In this document: positions 9,049 to 16,137 of the stretch, one piece after another
How the letters are laid out: the number at the start of each line of letters is the position of its first letter
Position numbering within the stretch: the stretch's first letter is position 1
NCBI GenBank assembly: GCA_046538485.1
Contig: JBKHIT010000081.1
Coordinates: 1 to 16,137, forward strand
Length of the DNA stretch: 16,137 nt
Reading direction: 5' to 3'
Source: Candidatus Brocadiia bacterium
GTDB taxonomy: Bacteria; Planctomycetota; Brocadiia; SM23-32
Notes under the pieces: generated by a model
Databases searched by the model: none
The model's input: only the letters and a program-made list of their open reading frames with translations
Told to the model about the DNA's origin: nothing
Made by a program: the position numbers and the translations under genes

Positions 9049-9235
9049 CCATCAGCCGCAGCCGGCTGGGCCCCATTGGGCTGCCGTCAGGCTTCAAGAA
9101 CTGAGTCCTTCAAGACCCCTTGGTCCATTCGGTCCCCTGCTTTGTGTCCCTGATTGCCCTCCACTGTCGGTCACACGGCGCGACGTCGGAAGTATCCAGG
9201 TAGAACTGGGTGCACCCGACTTTCGAGGTTCGGAT

Positions 9236-9309
9236 GGTTAACGTTGAAGTGAACTGTCAGCCCGCATCGCTGAGGCGGGAGCCATTTGCGTTGATTGGAA
9301 CTGTTAGCT
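9236..9309. other. Possible degenerate integron attC-like site
   Basis: ggttAAC...GTTagct ends 74 nt apart with a central cccgc-N9-gcggg stem. The L boxes pair poorly and there is no integrase in the window. Confidence 0.3.
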
Positions 9310-9558
9310 GCGCAGCAGTTTGCGAATAGGGCAAAAACTATTTACCCCAAAAACGTGCTCTCGGCGGCGCTGAGGACTGTGTGGGAGCGCAGCACGAGAA
9401 CCCCGAACTCCGGCGGCTGACGGTGCCTTCGCACGAGGCTGCACTCTGAGGCACTCTTTCGGAGTGCGCAACAGCCCCTGAAAAGACTTACTACGAACCC
9501 GACGATGACTTCGAAGCTTGCGATCACTCTGGAACGTGCAATTCACTGAGAGGTGGTT

Positions 9559-9581
9559 GTAGTGGACCGCTTCAGCGGTCC
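9559..9581 (+). repeat. GTAG-type REP-like hairpin
   Basis: GTAG-t-ggaccgc-ttca-gcggtcc: a perfect 7-bp stem preceded by the GTAG tetranucleotide. Confidence 0.6.
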
Positions 9582-9812
9582 GTTGCGTCGGAACACACGC
9601 CAAGCCCAGGATAAAAAGCGCAACGACACAGCCGTGAGTAAAACGTCCCGTCGGTCCGTTTTAACACACCGCAATCCACAGCGCGCCGCTGGCGCGCGGG
9701 GCATCACACGGGCCGGTCCCGCCGAGATTCCGGGGTTCCGGAAGATGTTGGCTGCCGGGGGATGCAACAACAATCATCTCCTGTCCGAACCCCGCCGGCG
9801 TCAGCCGGCTAT

Positions 9813-9838
9813 GGAGTGCGGCGATTTTTCGCCGCTTT
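9813..9838 (+). repeat. REP-like hairpin GGAGTGCGGCGA-TTTT-TCGCCGCTTT (may also act as terminator)
   Basis: Perfect 7-bp stem (9818-9824/9829-9835) followed by T-rich sequence. Confidence 0.55.
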
Positions 9839-9902
9839 GTCGTTGTCTTTCGTCGTTTTGTGGTGGGCCTTCAGCCCACTTTTTTTCCCAATGCATACCT
9901 GT

Positions 9903-9968
9903 ACCCAGGGCTCCGAGGGCCTGCGGCCCCCGTCACCCCGGGCTGTTATATACTGCCCTTTCAGGGCA
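9903..9968. repeat. REP-like element of the CCCAGGG...CCCGGGCT...GCCCTTTCAGGGC type
   Basis: acccaggg...ccccgggct outer arms, gggcc-tgc-ggccc inner stem, and tgccct-ttc-agggca terminal hairpin. Confidence 0.55.
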
Positions 9969-10092
9969 ATGAACGGCAGGGCGCGCTCGGCGATAACCCC
10001 TTGCATCTGCGTGGCATCCCGGATACGTGGAGCCCCGGTGGGTTCTGGGAGATCTGTGGGCTGATGAGCCGCGTTCTGAACTCCAGCCTCCG

Positions 10093-10196
10093 GCTGAAGT
10101 CCAGTCCGCGAGGCGTTGGTCCGTTCAGTATGACGGGCATCTTACCTGTCAACGGTTCAGTTCCGCGGGACTTCAGCGTTCCCAGGATAGGGAACG
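10093..10196. repeat. Long nested imperfect hairpin plus adjacent hairpin
   Basis: gctgaagtcc (10093-10102) / ggacttcagc (10168-10177) is a perfect 10-bp pair. Inner pairs are ccgtt/aacgg and tgacggg/cctgtca (10131-10151). It is followed by cgttccc-aggata-gggaacg. Confidence 0.55.
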
Positions 10197-10382
10197 GGAT
10201 CCGGGATGGCTGAATCCAGCATTCTGTTCGGAAAGAGAATTAAGGAGTTTGCGCCCCGTCCGATGACAGAGTCAGATTTTCGGGGAATATCCGGCTTCCG
10301 GGTACCCAAAAGACCGACATCGCAAATTCCTTGAGGCGGCTTTACGGTTTGCCGTTGGCGAAAGTTTGCGTAAGAATAGGCA

Positions 10383-11117
10383 ATGATAGACCACGGCTGT
10401 TTCAAAAGGGAAAACTATCTCATGGAACCTGAACGCAGGCTTTATGGCTGGGATGATGGCAAGGTGTATTTTTTGATCGATGAAGAGCAGCGGGTGTGTG
10501 TTACCGATAATGGACCGTTGCTGCAGAAACTGGTTTTGATCTGCGAAGAGCACTACATGGAACATCCGCCTGGAGATCGAGTGGCTGACGAGCAATCCTT
10601 CGAGCCCGAAATGCCGGGAGAAGTGACCTCCTCCCAGGGCGTGACGTATGATCTGGAAGAAATAGCCTCTTGCATGTTCGATCTGGAAGAGGGTGGCGAA
10701 ATGATCGGGTTGTTGAATTTAGAAAATGGGCTGATTGTGCGCCATATGCCGCCGGATCTTGTCGGTGAAATCGACTACCCCGGATTCACGGACGAGGAAA
10801 AACAGCGTCTGCACCAAACCGGGGCTTTGCCCGAGGGCTGGGAATATATCGAGCAGGGACCGTCGCAGAAAAGCTGGAGATTTATGGAAAAATTTGCCCG
10901 CACAATTGAAAATCCTGTCCCCCGCGATCGTTTGTTAAATGCCATTCAGGGGGGAGGGGCTTTTCGTCGTTTTCGCGACATTACGAATTCTGATAAGAGA
11001 ATGCGTGAGCGCTGGTTTGCCTTCAGGGAAGATTGCCGGCGCCGCGCAGCACTGACGCAACTGGTCTTCGTGTATGAAATCGATTTTCCGGAAGAGGTTC
11101 AAAAACTGCTCCAGTAA
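10383..11117 (+). CDS. UPF0158-family protein with N-terminal extension
   Basis: C-terminal motif SWRFMEKFARTIENPVPRDRLLNAIQGGGAFRRFRD...RERWFAFRE is typical of UPF0158. Alternative start is ATG 10422. Confidence 0.8.
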   Translation: MIDHGCFKRENYLMEPERRLYGWDDGKVYFLIDEEQRVCVTDNGPLLQKLVLICEEHYMEHPPGDRVADEQSFEPEMPGEVTSSQGVTYDLEEIASCMFDLEEGGEMIGLLNLENGLIVRHMPPDLVGEIDYPGFTDEEKQRLHQTGALPEGWEYIEQGPSQKSWRFMEKFARTIENPVPRDRLLNAIQGGGAFRRFRDITNSDKRMRERWFAFREDCRRRAALTQLVFVYEIDFPEEVQKLLQ

Positions 11118-11375
11118 GGACATCTCCTGGAAGACCAGTTGTCGCAAATGGGAATCAGGCGGTCATGCGGTCCGGCAAAAATAGAACAGGGTGCGCATAA
11201 GTCTTCTCAGGTATGCTTTTTTCGTCACCACCACCCTGTGTCGATGGAGCATATGGCCGGTTATTACGAGAATACGGCCGTACGGCTTCAGTCACCTTTT
11301 GTCCGTGTTATGATGGACTCGCAACGATCCCTGTGGTGGTATTTTCAGGCTGAGCACGTAACCCGCGGATGCGGG

Positions 11376-14300
11376 TTATTCGACGGAGACGAGGCTGAAA
11401 TCTTCGGGGCGGGTGGGCAGAACCAGCACGTTTTCGCCTTCCACTTTTGGTTTTTGTGCCTTTTTCTCTTTTTCTTCCCTTTCTTCGGGGGTTTCGTCTT
11501 TGAAGAGATCGTCTACGTTTTTTTCGCCGAGTCCCAATCCGTCCTCGTCCGTGACTTCTCCTTCCATTAGATCTTGCTTAATTTCTTTTCGTCGTTTCTT
11601 AACTTCCTCATTGCTCAGGAAATCTTTTCCTTCTCTGGGGGGATAGCTCCTATCGTAGCGTTTGACTGAGATATCCTCGGGGAGCCCGAGCGCCTTGAGG
11701 TCAAGTTTCACGCGGATATTTTTCGGTTCCTGCGTGCGGTTCGAAGCGATGAGCAGGATCCGTCCGTCGTCTTTGTAGAAAGACACGAGCACCTCATCGC
11801 GCATCCCATCGACCTGCAGGTAGGGTTCGGTGTTCCAGTAGGGGATGAACGGTACCTCCCGGGGGTCCATAGCTCCCCACTCGATGACGTCGCGCCAGTA
11901 TTTGTTGAATACTCCGCTCGTTTCGCAGAAGGGGACGAAACATTCGAGATGGGCGAGCACCGAATTGCAGCCCCGCGCCATCCGCCATGCCCATCTCTTG
12001 TGGGAAGTTTCTTTGCCATGCTCCCAGATGCAGGCGTACCACGCCGGTGTTATGCCCCAGAGCCGGGCATTCTGAAGGGTTTCGACCCGTTGAAGCGGCA
12101 CCGACCGCACAAAACCCCGTGCTCGATGTCCGCCGATCATCCCGCCTCTGCCTTCCCCGTGCAGGTAGGAATCGGCGAAAACTAAATGAGAGTAATGGAA
12201 GCTGTGGATCACCGAACAGTGCGTGACGTACGCGGGTCCCTCGTCGTACTGGTGAGATATATTTCGGGAACGTTTGGTGAAAGCCCGTTTTCCCCAATAC
12301 GGTTCGCCGGGCTGGACTTTGCCGTTCGGGAACCGCACGGCCAGTCCCGCCTTAACATTATTCAGGCGGTCGGTGTAATCCTCGTCGGCATACCAGCCCT
12401 GATAGCAGCCGCGCTTGGCCCACTGATTCCATTCCCAGCAAAGGTGGTCGACCAGGTCGGGGGTGAAGGTCGGGTGTTTGGAGTACATCTCCCAGTAATC
12501 GGGCCCACCGCCCCGGAATCCCATGAACCACCAGCCGTGATACATGATCAGGCTCCCGAAGACCCCGACCTTATCCTTGGCCTCGCGCGCTTTTTCGGCC
12601 AGGTCATAGTTGCCTTTTATCGGCCAGACGCGATGCCCGTGCCCGCGGTCCTCCAGGGGCCAGGTCATGAATGTCGTCCCGTAGACCGAGCAATAGTCCG
12701 GACTTTCATGACGGTTGGCGCGGTCCATAAGCCGGTGATGATCCGCAAACGGGCGCGCGGGATGGGGAAGAACCCCGAAAACAATCGGGCGCACATGGGG
12801 TTCGAGATTCCGTTCAGCTTTTTTCACGCGGGGAATCGGCGGCGCCCAACGCGGGCCGATGTGCTTGCTGAGCAGTTTCTCACGCTTCACCGGTTCGGCG
12901 ATCAGGTTCAGGCGAATCAGCACCTCATCGCCTTTCTTCTCGATCCTCTGGGCCGGTCTTGTGTCGGATTGCCACCAGCCAATTGCGTTATCGGCAAACC
13001 AGTAAAGTCCCCGGTTGAGATCGTGGACATCGAGCGTATTGGTGAACGCGTAGCCGCGAAATTCCTCCAGAGCTGGGACCTCGAGCTTCCTCCGACGGCG
13101 GGCTCTGTGCTTCAGCTTCTGCCAGGCGTAGACGCGGGTATCGAAGACTATACCGTCTTTGTCGGGCACAACGCCGGTGCGTGCGCCACGGGCGCGAGCC
13201 ATGTTCTGCATGTAGCGTTTTGCCCGCTCGCTGTTCAGCGGGAAGACGAGCCTGAGGGGGGCAACGGTGTCCTTTTTCGGTTGCGGCAACAGCGTCCATT
13301 TGACGCACCCGTCGTAATCGCAGTCCCAGCGGACGTACACGTCGCAAGTGTTGCCCCGGAAAGTGGTCTCCCACACGGCGGCGGTGGGACTGGATTCGAC
13401 CCGCTTGAACCGGTCCGCTTTCATGGGGTGCCCGCTTTCCTCCAGATAGGCCGGGCGTGAGAGCAGATTCTTGTCGCTGGTGATAATTGTTTTCGGGAGG
13501 CCATTTTTTCCCAGCACATATTCTGTCATGCGCGTTTTGACGCGGCGATTCTCAAACTTGATGGGTGTCCACGGCGGAGGCGGAGAATCGAGAACGCCGG
13601 CGGTCTCACTGTACATAGGCGGCGGCGTGACATCGACTTTGGCTTTCCCGTCAACCACCTGCTGTCCCTGGACGTCGGTTATTTTGATGCGGGCGGTGTA
13701 ATCGGCCTGTGGGAACTGCCTTCCAGCCTTGAAATTGAATTCAGCCTCGCCCGAGGTGATGTCCTTCTCAGTGGGCTTGAACAGAACATCGCCCTCGGGG
13801 GTCAGGACCGATACTATGGCCCGGCCGGGCTTCAGGCCCGGCGGGAATTTGGTGGTCACTTTCACGTCCAGTTCGCCAATTCGCCACCTGGGGCTGCTTT
13901 TGATCGAGAAGAACTTGAGCGGGCCGGCGTCTTTTTTCCATCTCACGTGCGCATGGCGGATCTCTCGTTCGTGGAGAGCGTAGTTGTAGGCCGCCATTTC
14001 ATCAATATCGATTTGTGGTGGGTGACCGTGTTTGACCAGGACTTTGTCTGTGATCCCGACTTCCATCGTCTTCAATTCCAGGTCCTGCGCACCGTCGGCC
14101 AGATGGACCTTGCCTTTCCATTCCTCTCCGTTGATATACGCGGCGGCCTGTCCTTTTTCCCAGAGGACAACAACGTGGAACCAGTCGTTGGGGTGGATAA
14201 ACGGTTCCCGCACCATGCGCCCCCGGGGGAAATGCATCGTCAGGAAAAGCTTCTTTTCTTTTTTGCTCTTTCTGGTTCCGTAGAACCTGATGGCGTTGAG

Positions 14301-15779
14301 CAGGGGACGAAAGTGAGAGAGCTTCCCCGTTTTTCGGCTTCTTCTCACACGGGTGGCGTTGTCGAAATTGACCGGTCGGAACCAGAACTCGACGCTTCCT
14401 TCCTCGGGGCTCATTCCCTCCAGACTGAACCGGGGCAAGGCCGTGCAGGGCTCGATCCGCCAGCCCTGTCCCCGCACTCCCGGGACGGTCAGGCGTTCGA
14501 AATCGGCGCCGGCATTGAAATCGACTTTGTCGGTCCCGCCGCGGTGGAAATCGTACTTGCGGGTTTTCCCCAGCGGAGCGTGGAAAAGGGCGCCGTTGCG
14601 GAAGAAATGCGGTTTGCCGAAAGAGACCGTCCTCTGGCTCTCAAGGTCGCGCCATTCCTGAGAGGGGGTGGGGTAATAATCTATGTCGCCGTTGGTGGCC
14701 ATTACATCGTCGATCAGGCCCTCAAAGCCCTGATCGCCCTCGAGGCTATTGCCGATGATGACGGTGCCGGGAGCTACAGAATACTGCACCCCCCTGGGGG
14801 TCAGAAAGGAGTCCTGTTTGACGTTGTTGATGGCCAGTTCGGCCCGGTAGCAGCCGGGTCCCTGGACGACAGGGCTATTGTTGTAAATCCTGATCCAGAT
14901 CCATTCTCCGGTTGGGACGGGTTTCTTGGAGGTAATGTGTGAAGGCGGGGTGCTCAGGTAGTGTTTCATCGCCTCTTTCTTGCCCGTCATCGACTGCCAC
15001 CGGGGGTGGCCGTGACGGTGCCGCAGACGGAGTTCCACCTTCCCGTCCGGATGCAGCAGCAGCTTGGCGGCCGGTGTTCGTTCGTCCATCTCCTTAAGAT
15101 CGCTCGTGGCTATCGAGTGAAGGATGCAGACGGTTTCTTCCGGGTAATCGTCCACCTTAACCCAGGCGGAGACGCCCGCGTGCTCCATTTTGGACTTGAA
15201 TTCGAAGGGATAATCTTCGGGCGGTCGGGCGTTGAGGCCCTCGCAGACGATGCCTCCCTCGCCGCTGCATCTCAATCCCGACCCAAACTTGCCCTGCTCT
15301 GTGATCGATACTCCGTCGCCAAGGGTGAAGACCCGGCGGTGCCAGCTGTAGTCCTGGATCTGGTCCGGACCCAATTTGGACCGGTCAAGCGGCTTGGGTT
15401 TCCAGTTCTGCTTTTTTTCGGCGTGGGTGGCGGCTATCTCCGGCATGTCGAGCCCCGCGTCCTCGGTCCCCGCATCGAGCGTTGCGCTTATCTCACGCCC
15501 CGTATCTTCGACCTCTTTGGTTTGTTCCCAGTTTTTGATCTGTTCTTTGACGCGCTCGCTGACTCCCCGACGGGTGACGCCGAAATGGAGCAGCAGATAC
15601 ACCCTTTCGGAGGCCACGCCTTCTTCATTTTGCCAGGAGTAGCGGTAGTTGTAATCAGGTTTTTCGCCGGCTTTGCCCGAGTGCGCCAGGACCGGCAATA
15701 GTAGCGCCACCAGCAGGAAAGTGCGGGAATAACCTGTCAAGGAACGGAAGACATCCATTGGCAGAAGCGTGTGGTCCAT
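11376..15779 (-). CDS. Large secreted carbohydrate-active-like protein: signal peptide + two LamG/ConA-like jellyrolls + GH123/DUF6067-like region
   Basis: Signal-peptide-like RTFLLVALLLPVLAHS. LamG motifs: GKFGSGL..VSAWVK..IGNS..FEGLIDDV and GVRGQG..EGSVEFWFRP..WFHVVVLW..YING..IDEMAAYNYAL. Downstream motifs PPPWTP, DYDG, GLYWFAD, GWYADE and FIPYW. Start moved from 15995 to ATG 15779 (alt 15758) because the signal peptide begins there and a sigma70-like promoter lies inside the extension. Confidence 0.75.
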   Translation of the reverse strand: MDHTLLPMDVFRSLTGYSRTFLLVALLLPVLAHSGKAGEKPDYNYRYSWQNEEGVASERVYLLLHFGVTRRGVSERVKEQIKNWEQTKEVEDTGREISATLDAGTEDAGLDMPEIAATHAEKKQNWKPKPLDRSKLGPDQIQDYSWHRRVFTLGDGVSITEQGKFGSGLRCSGEGGIVCEGLNARPPEDYPFEFKSKMEHAGVSAWVKVDDYPEETVCILHSIATSDLKEMDERTPAAKLLLHPDGKVELRLRHRHGHPRWQSMTGKKEAMKHYLSTPPSHITSKKPVPTGEWIWIRIYNNSPVVQGPGCYRAELAINNVKQDSFLTPRGVQYSVAPGTVIIGNSLEGDQGFEGLIDDVMATNGDIDYYPTPSQEWRDLESQRTVSFGKPHFFRNGALFHAPLGKTRKYDFHRGGTDKVDFNAGADFERLTVPGVRGQGWRIEPCTALPRFSLEGMSPEEGSVEFWFRPVNFDNATRVRRSRKTGKLSHFRPLLNAIRFYGTRKSKKEKKLFLTMHFPRGRMVREPFIHPNDWFHVVVLWEKGQAAAYINGEEWKGKVHLADGAQDLELKTMEVGITDKVLVKHGHPPQIDIDEMAAYNYALHEREIRHAHVRWKKDAGPLKFFSIKSSPRWRIGELDVKVTTKFPPGLKPGRAIVSVLTPEGDVLFKPTEKDITSGEAEFNFKAGRQFPQADYTARIKITDVQGQQVVDGKAKVDVTPPPMYSETAGVLDSPPPPWTPIKFENRRVKTRMTEYVLGKNGLPKTIITSDKNLLSRPAYLEESGHPMKADRFKRVESSPTAAVWETTFRGNTCDVYVRWDCDYDGCVKWTLLPQPKKDTVAPLRLVFPLNSERAKRYMQNMARARGARTGVVPDKDGIVFDTRVYAWQKLKHRARRRRKLEVPALEEFRGYAFTNTLDVHDLNRGLYWFADNAIGWWQSDTRPAQRIEKKGDEVLIRLNLIAEPVKREKLLSKHIGPRWAPPIPRVKKAERNLEPHVRPIVFGVLPHPARPFADHHRLMDRANRHESPDYCSVYGTTFMTWPLEDRGHGHRVWPIKGNYDLAEKAREAKDKVGVFGSLIMYHGWWFMGFRGGGPDYWEMYSKHPTFTPDLVDHLCWEWNQWAKRGCYQGWYADEDYTDRLNNVKAGLAVRFPNGKVQPGEPYWGKRAFTKRSRNISHQYDEGPAYVTHCSVIHSFHYSHLVFADSYLHGEGRGGMIGGHRARGFVRSVPLQRVETLQNARLWGITPAWYACIWEHGKETSHKRWAWRMARGCNSVLAHLECFVPFCETSGVFNKYWRDVIEWGAMDPREVPFIPYWNTEPYLQVDGMRDEVLVSFYKDDGRILLIASNRTQEPKNIRVKLDLKALGLPEDISVKRYDRSYPPREGKDFLSNEEVKKRRKEIKQDLMEGEVTDEDGLGLGEKNVDDLFKDETPEEREEKEKKAQKPKVEGENVLVLPTRPEDFSLVSVE

Positions 15780-15841
15780 AAACGTCTCTTTCAGATGTGA
15801 GGAGCTCCTGTACCGAATATTCAAACTCCCAGGAACGCTAC

Positions 15842-15854
15842 ATACAGTCTGTAT
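15842..15854. promoter_or_regulatory. Palindromic operator-like site ATACAG-T-CTGTAT overlapping -10/+1
   Basis: Perfect 6-bp inverted repeat at the predicted transcription start region. Confidence 0.35.
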
Positions 15855-15883
15855 TGTACCGTTTTTGGGCATTATTCTGTCAA
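15853..15883 (-). promoter_or_regulatory. Sigma70-like promoter TTGACA-N19-TACAAT for the LamG/GH gene
   Basis: The minus strand reads ttgaca gaataatgcccaaaaacgg tacaat, about 75 nt upstream of ATG 15779. The spacer is long (19 nt). Confidence 0.55.
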
Positions 15884-16000
15884 GTGGTTGAAATCTGCGA
15901 GGGATTTGCGGGGAAGGTCGTGTCGTTGTTTCAGAGCCGGGGAACTGCTTGAGATTGCATCCGAGTCCTGAATGGAGCGGGACCGGAAACGCCACACCTG

Positions 16001-16025
16001 TATCATAGCCTGCATCTTACGGATG
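16001..16025 (-). repeat. Copy 2 of CATCCGTAAGATGCAGG motif
   Basis: cctgcatcttacggatg at 16009-16025, inverted relative to copy 1. Confidence 0.8.
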
Positions 16026-16137
16026 TACGCGTTTAGCGTGACGAGTGCCGTTCCAAAAAAGGCCCGTAGGGCCGGAGCAGACGTAGAACCAATGGTGGAG
16101 CCCACCAGAACTGAGGAAGCCCACAGACAGGTCATGC

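Noticed and set aside
9049..9090. Rho-independent terminator after the giant gene
   Set aside because: A cagccg/cggctg stem is present but there is no U-tract.
9304..10266. Short ORFs in the central intergenic region
   Set aside because: They run through palindromic repeats and lack protein-like composition or clear RBSs. A degraded gene fragment near 9350-9530 cannot be excluded.
11139..11570. 143-aa plus-strand ORF
   Set aside because: TTG start, overlaps the 3' end of the opposite gene, and its Phe-rich tail mirrors Lys/Glu codons.
12186..15701. Plus-strand ORFs of 424, 331 and 246 aa
   Set aside because: Antisense shadows of the LamG/GH gene.
15780..15995. 72-aa N-terminal extension in the ORF track
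   Set aside because: It precedes the signal peptide and contains the predicted promoter.
331..16025. Transposon bounded by terminal inverted repeats
   Set aside because: No transposase or integrase and no flanking target-site duplication; kept only as a repeat observation.
171..16071. 11-bp inverted match ccctacgggcc (171-181) / ggcccgtaggg (16061-16071)
   Set aside because: Short, spacing not collinear with the 17-bp repeat, and explained by REP-like hairpin cores.
1..16137. CRISPR array, tRNA or rRNA
   Set aside because: No regularly spaced direct repeats or recognisable RNA gene signatures seen.

Overview
GC-rich bacterial window, PVC-like (Planctomycetota/Lentisphaerae-like) by protein style; the taxonomy is inference only. 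It holds four credible genes. (1) An ECF sigma-70 factor (413-982, +) is translationally coupled to (2) a giant 2689-aa membrane-anchored protein (979-9048, +). That protein fuses an anti-sigma N-terminus, one TM helix, a FecR-like domain, a VIT domain, a vWA domain with intact MIDAS, and about 1500 aa of TPR-like helical repeats. (3) A UPF0158-like gene lies at 10383-11117 (+). (4) A large secreted LamG x2 + GH123/DUF6067-like protein lies at 11376-15779 (-). The best candidate for a poorly described system is the ECF plus giant FecR-VIT-vWA-TPR anti-sigma pair. It sits behind a palindromic promoter that reads GAAAC-N16-CGTC on both strands. A 17-bp motif occurs upstream of both the ECF operon and the LamG gene. 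The intergenic regions carry many REP-like hairpins and a possible degenerate attC site. All domain calls are by motif recognition, not database search.
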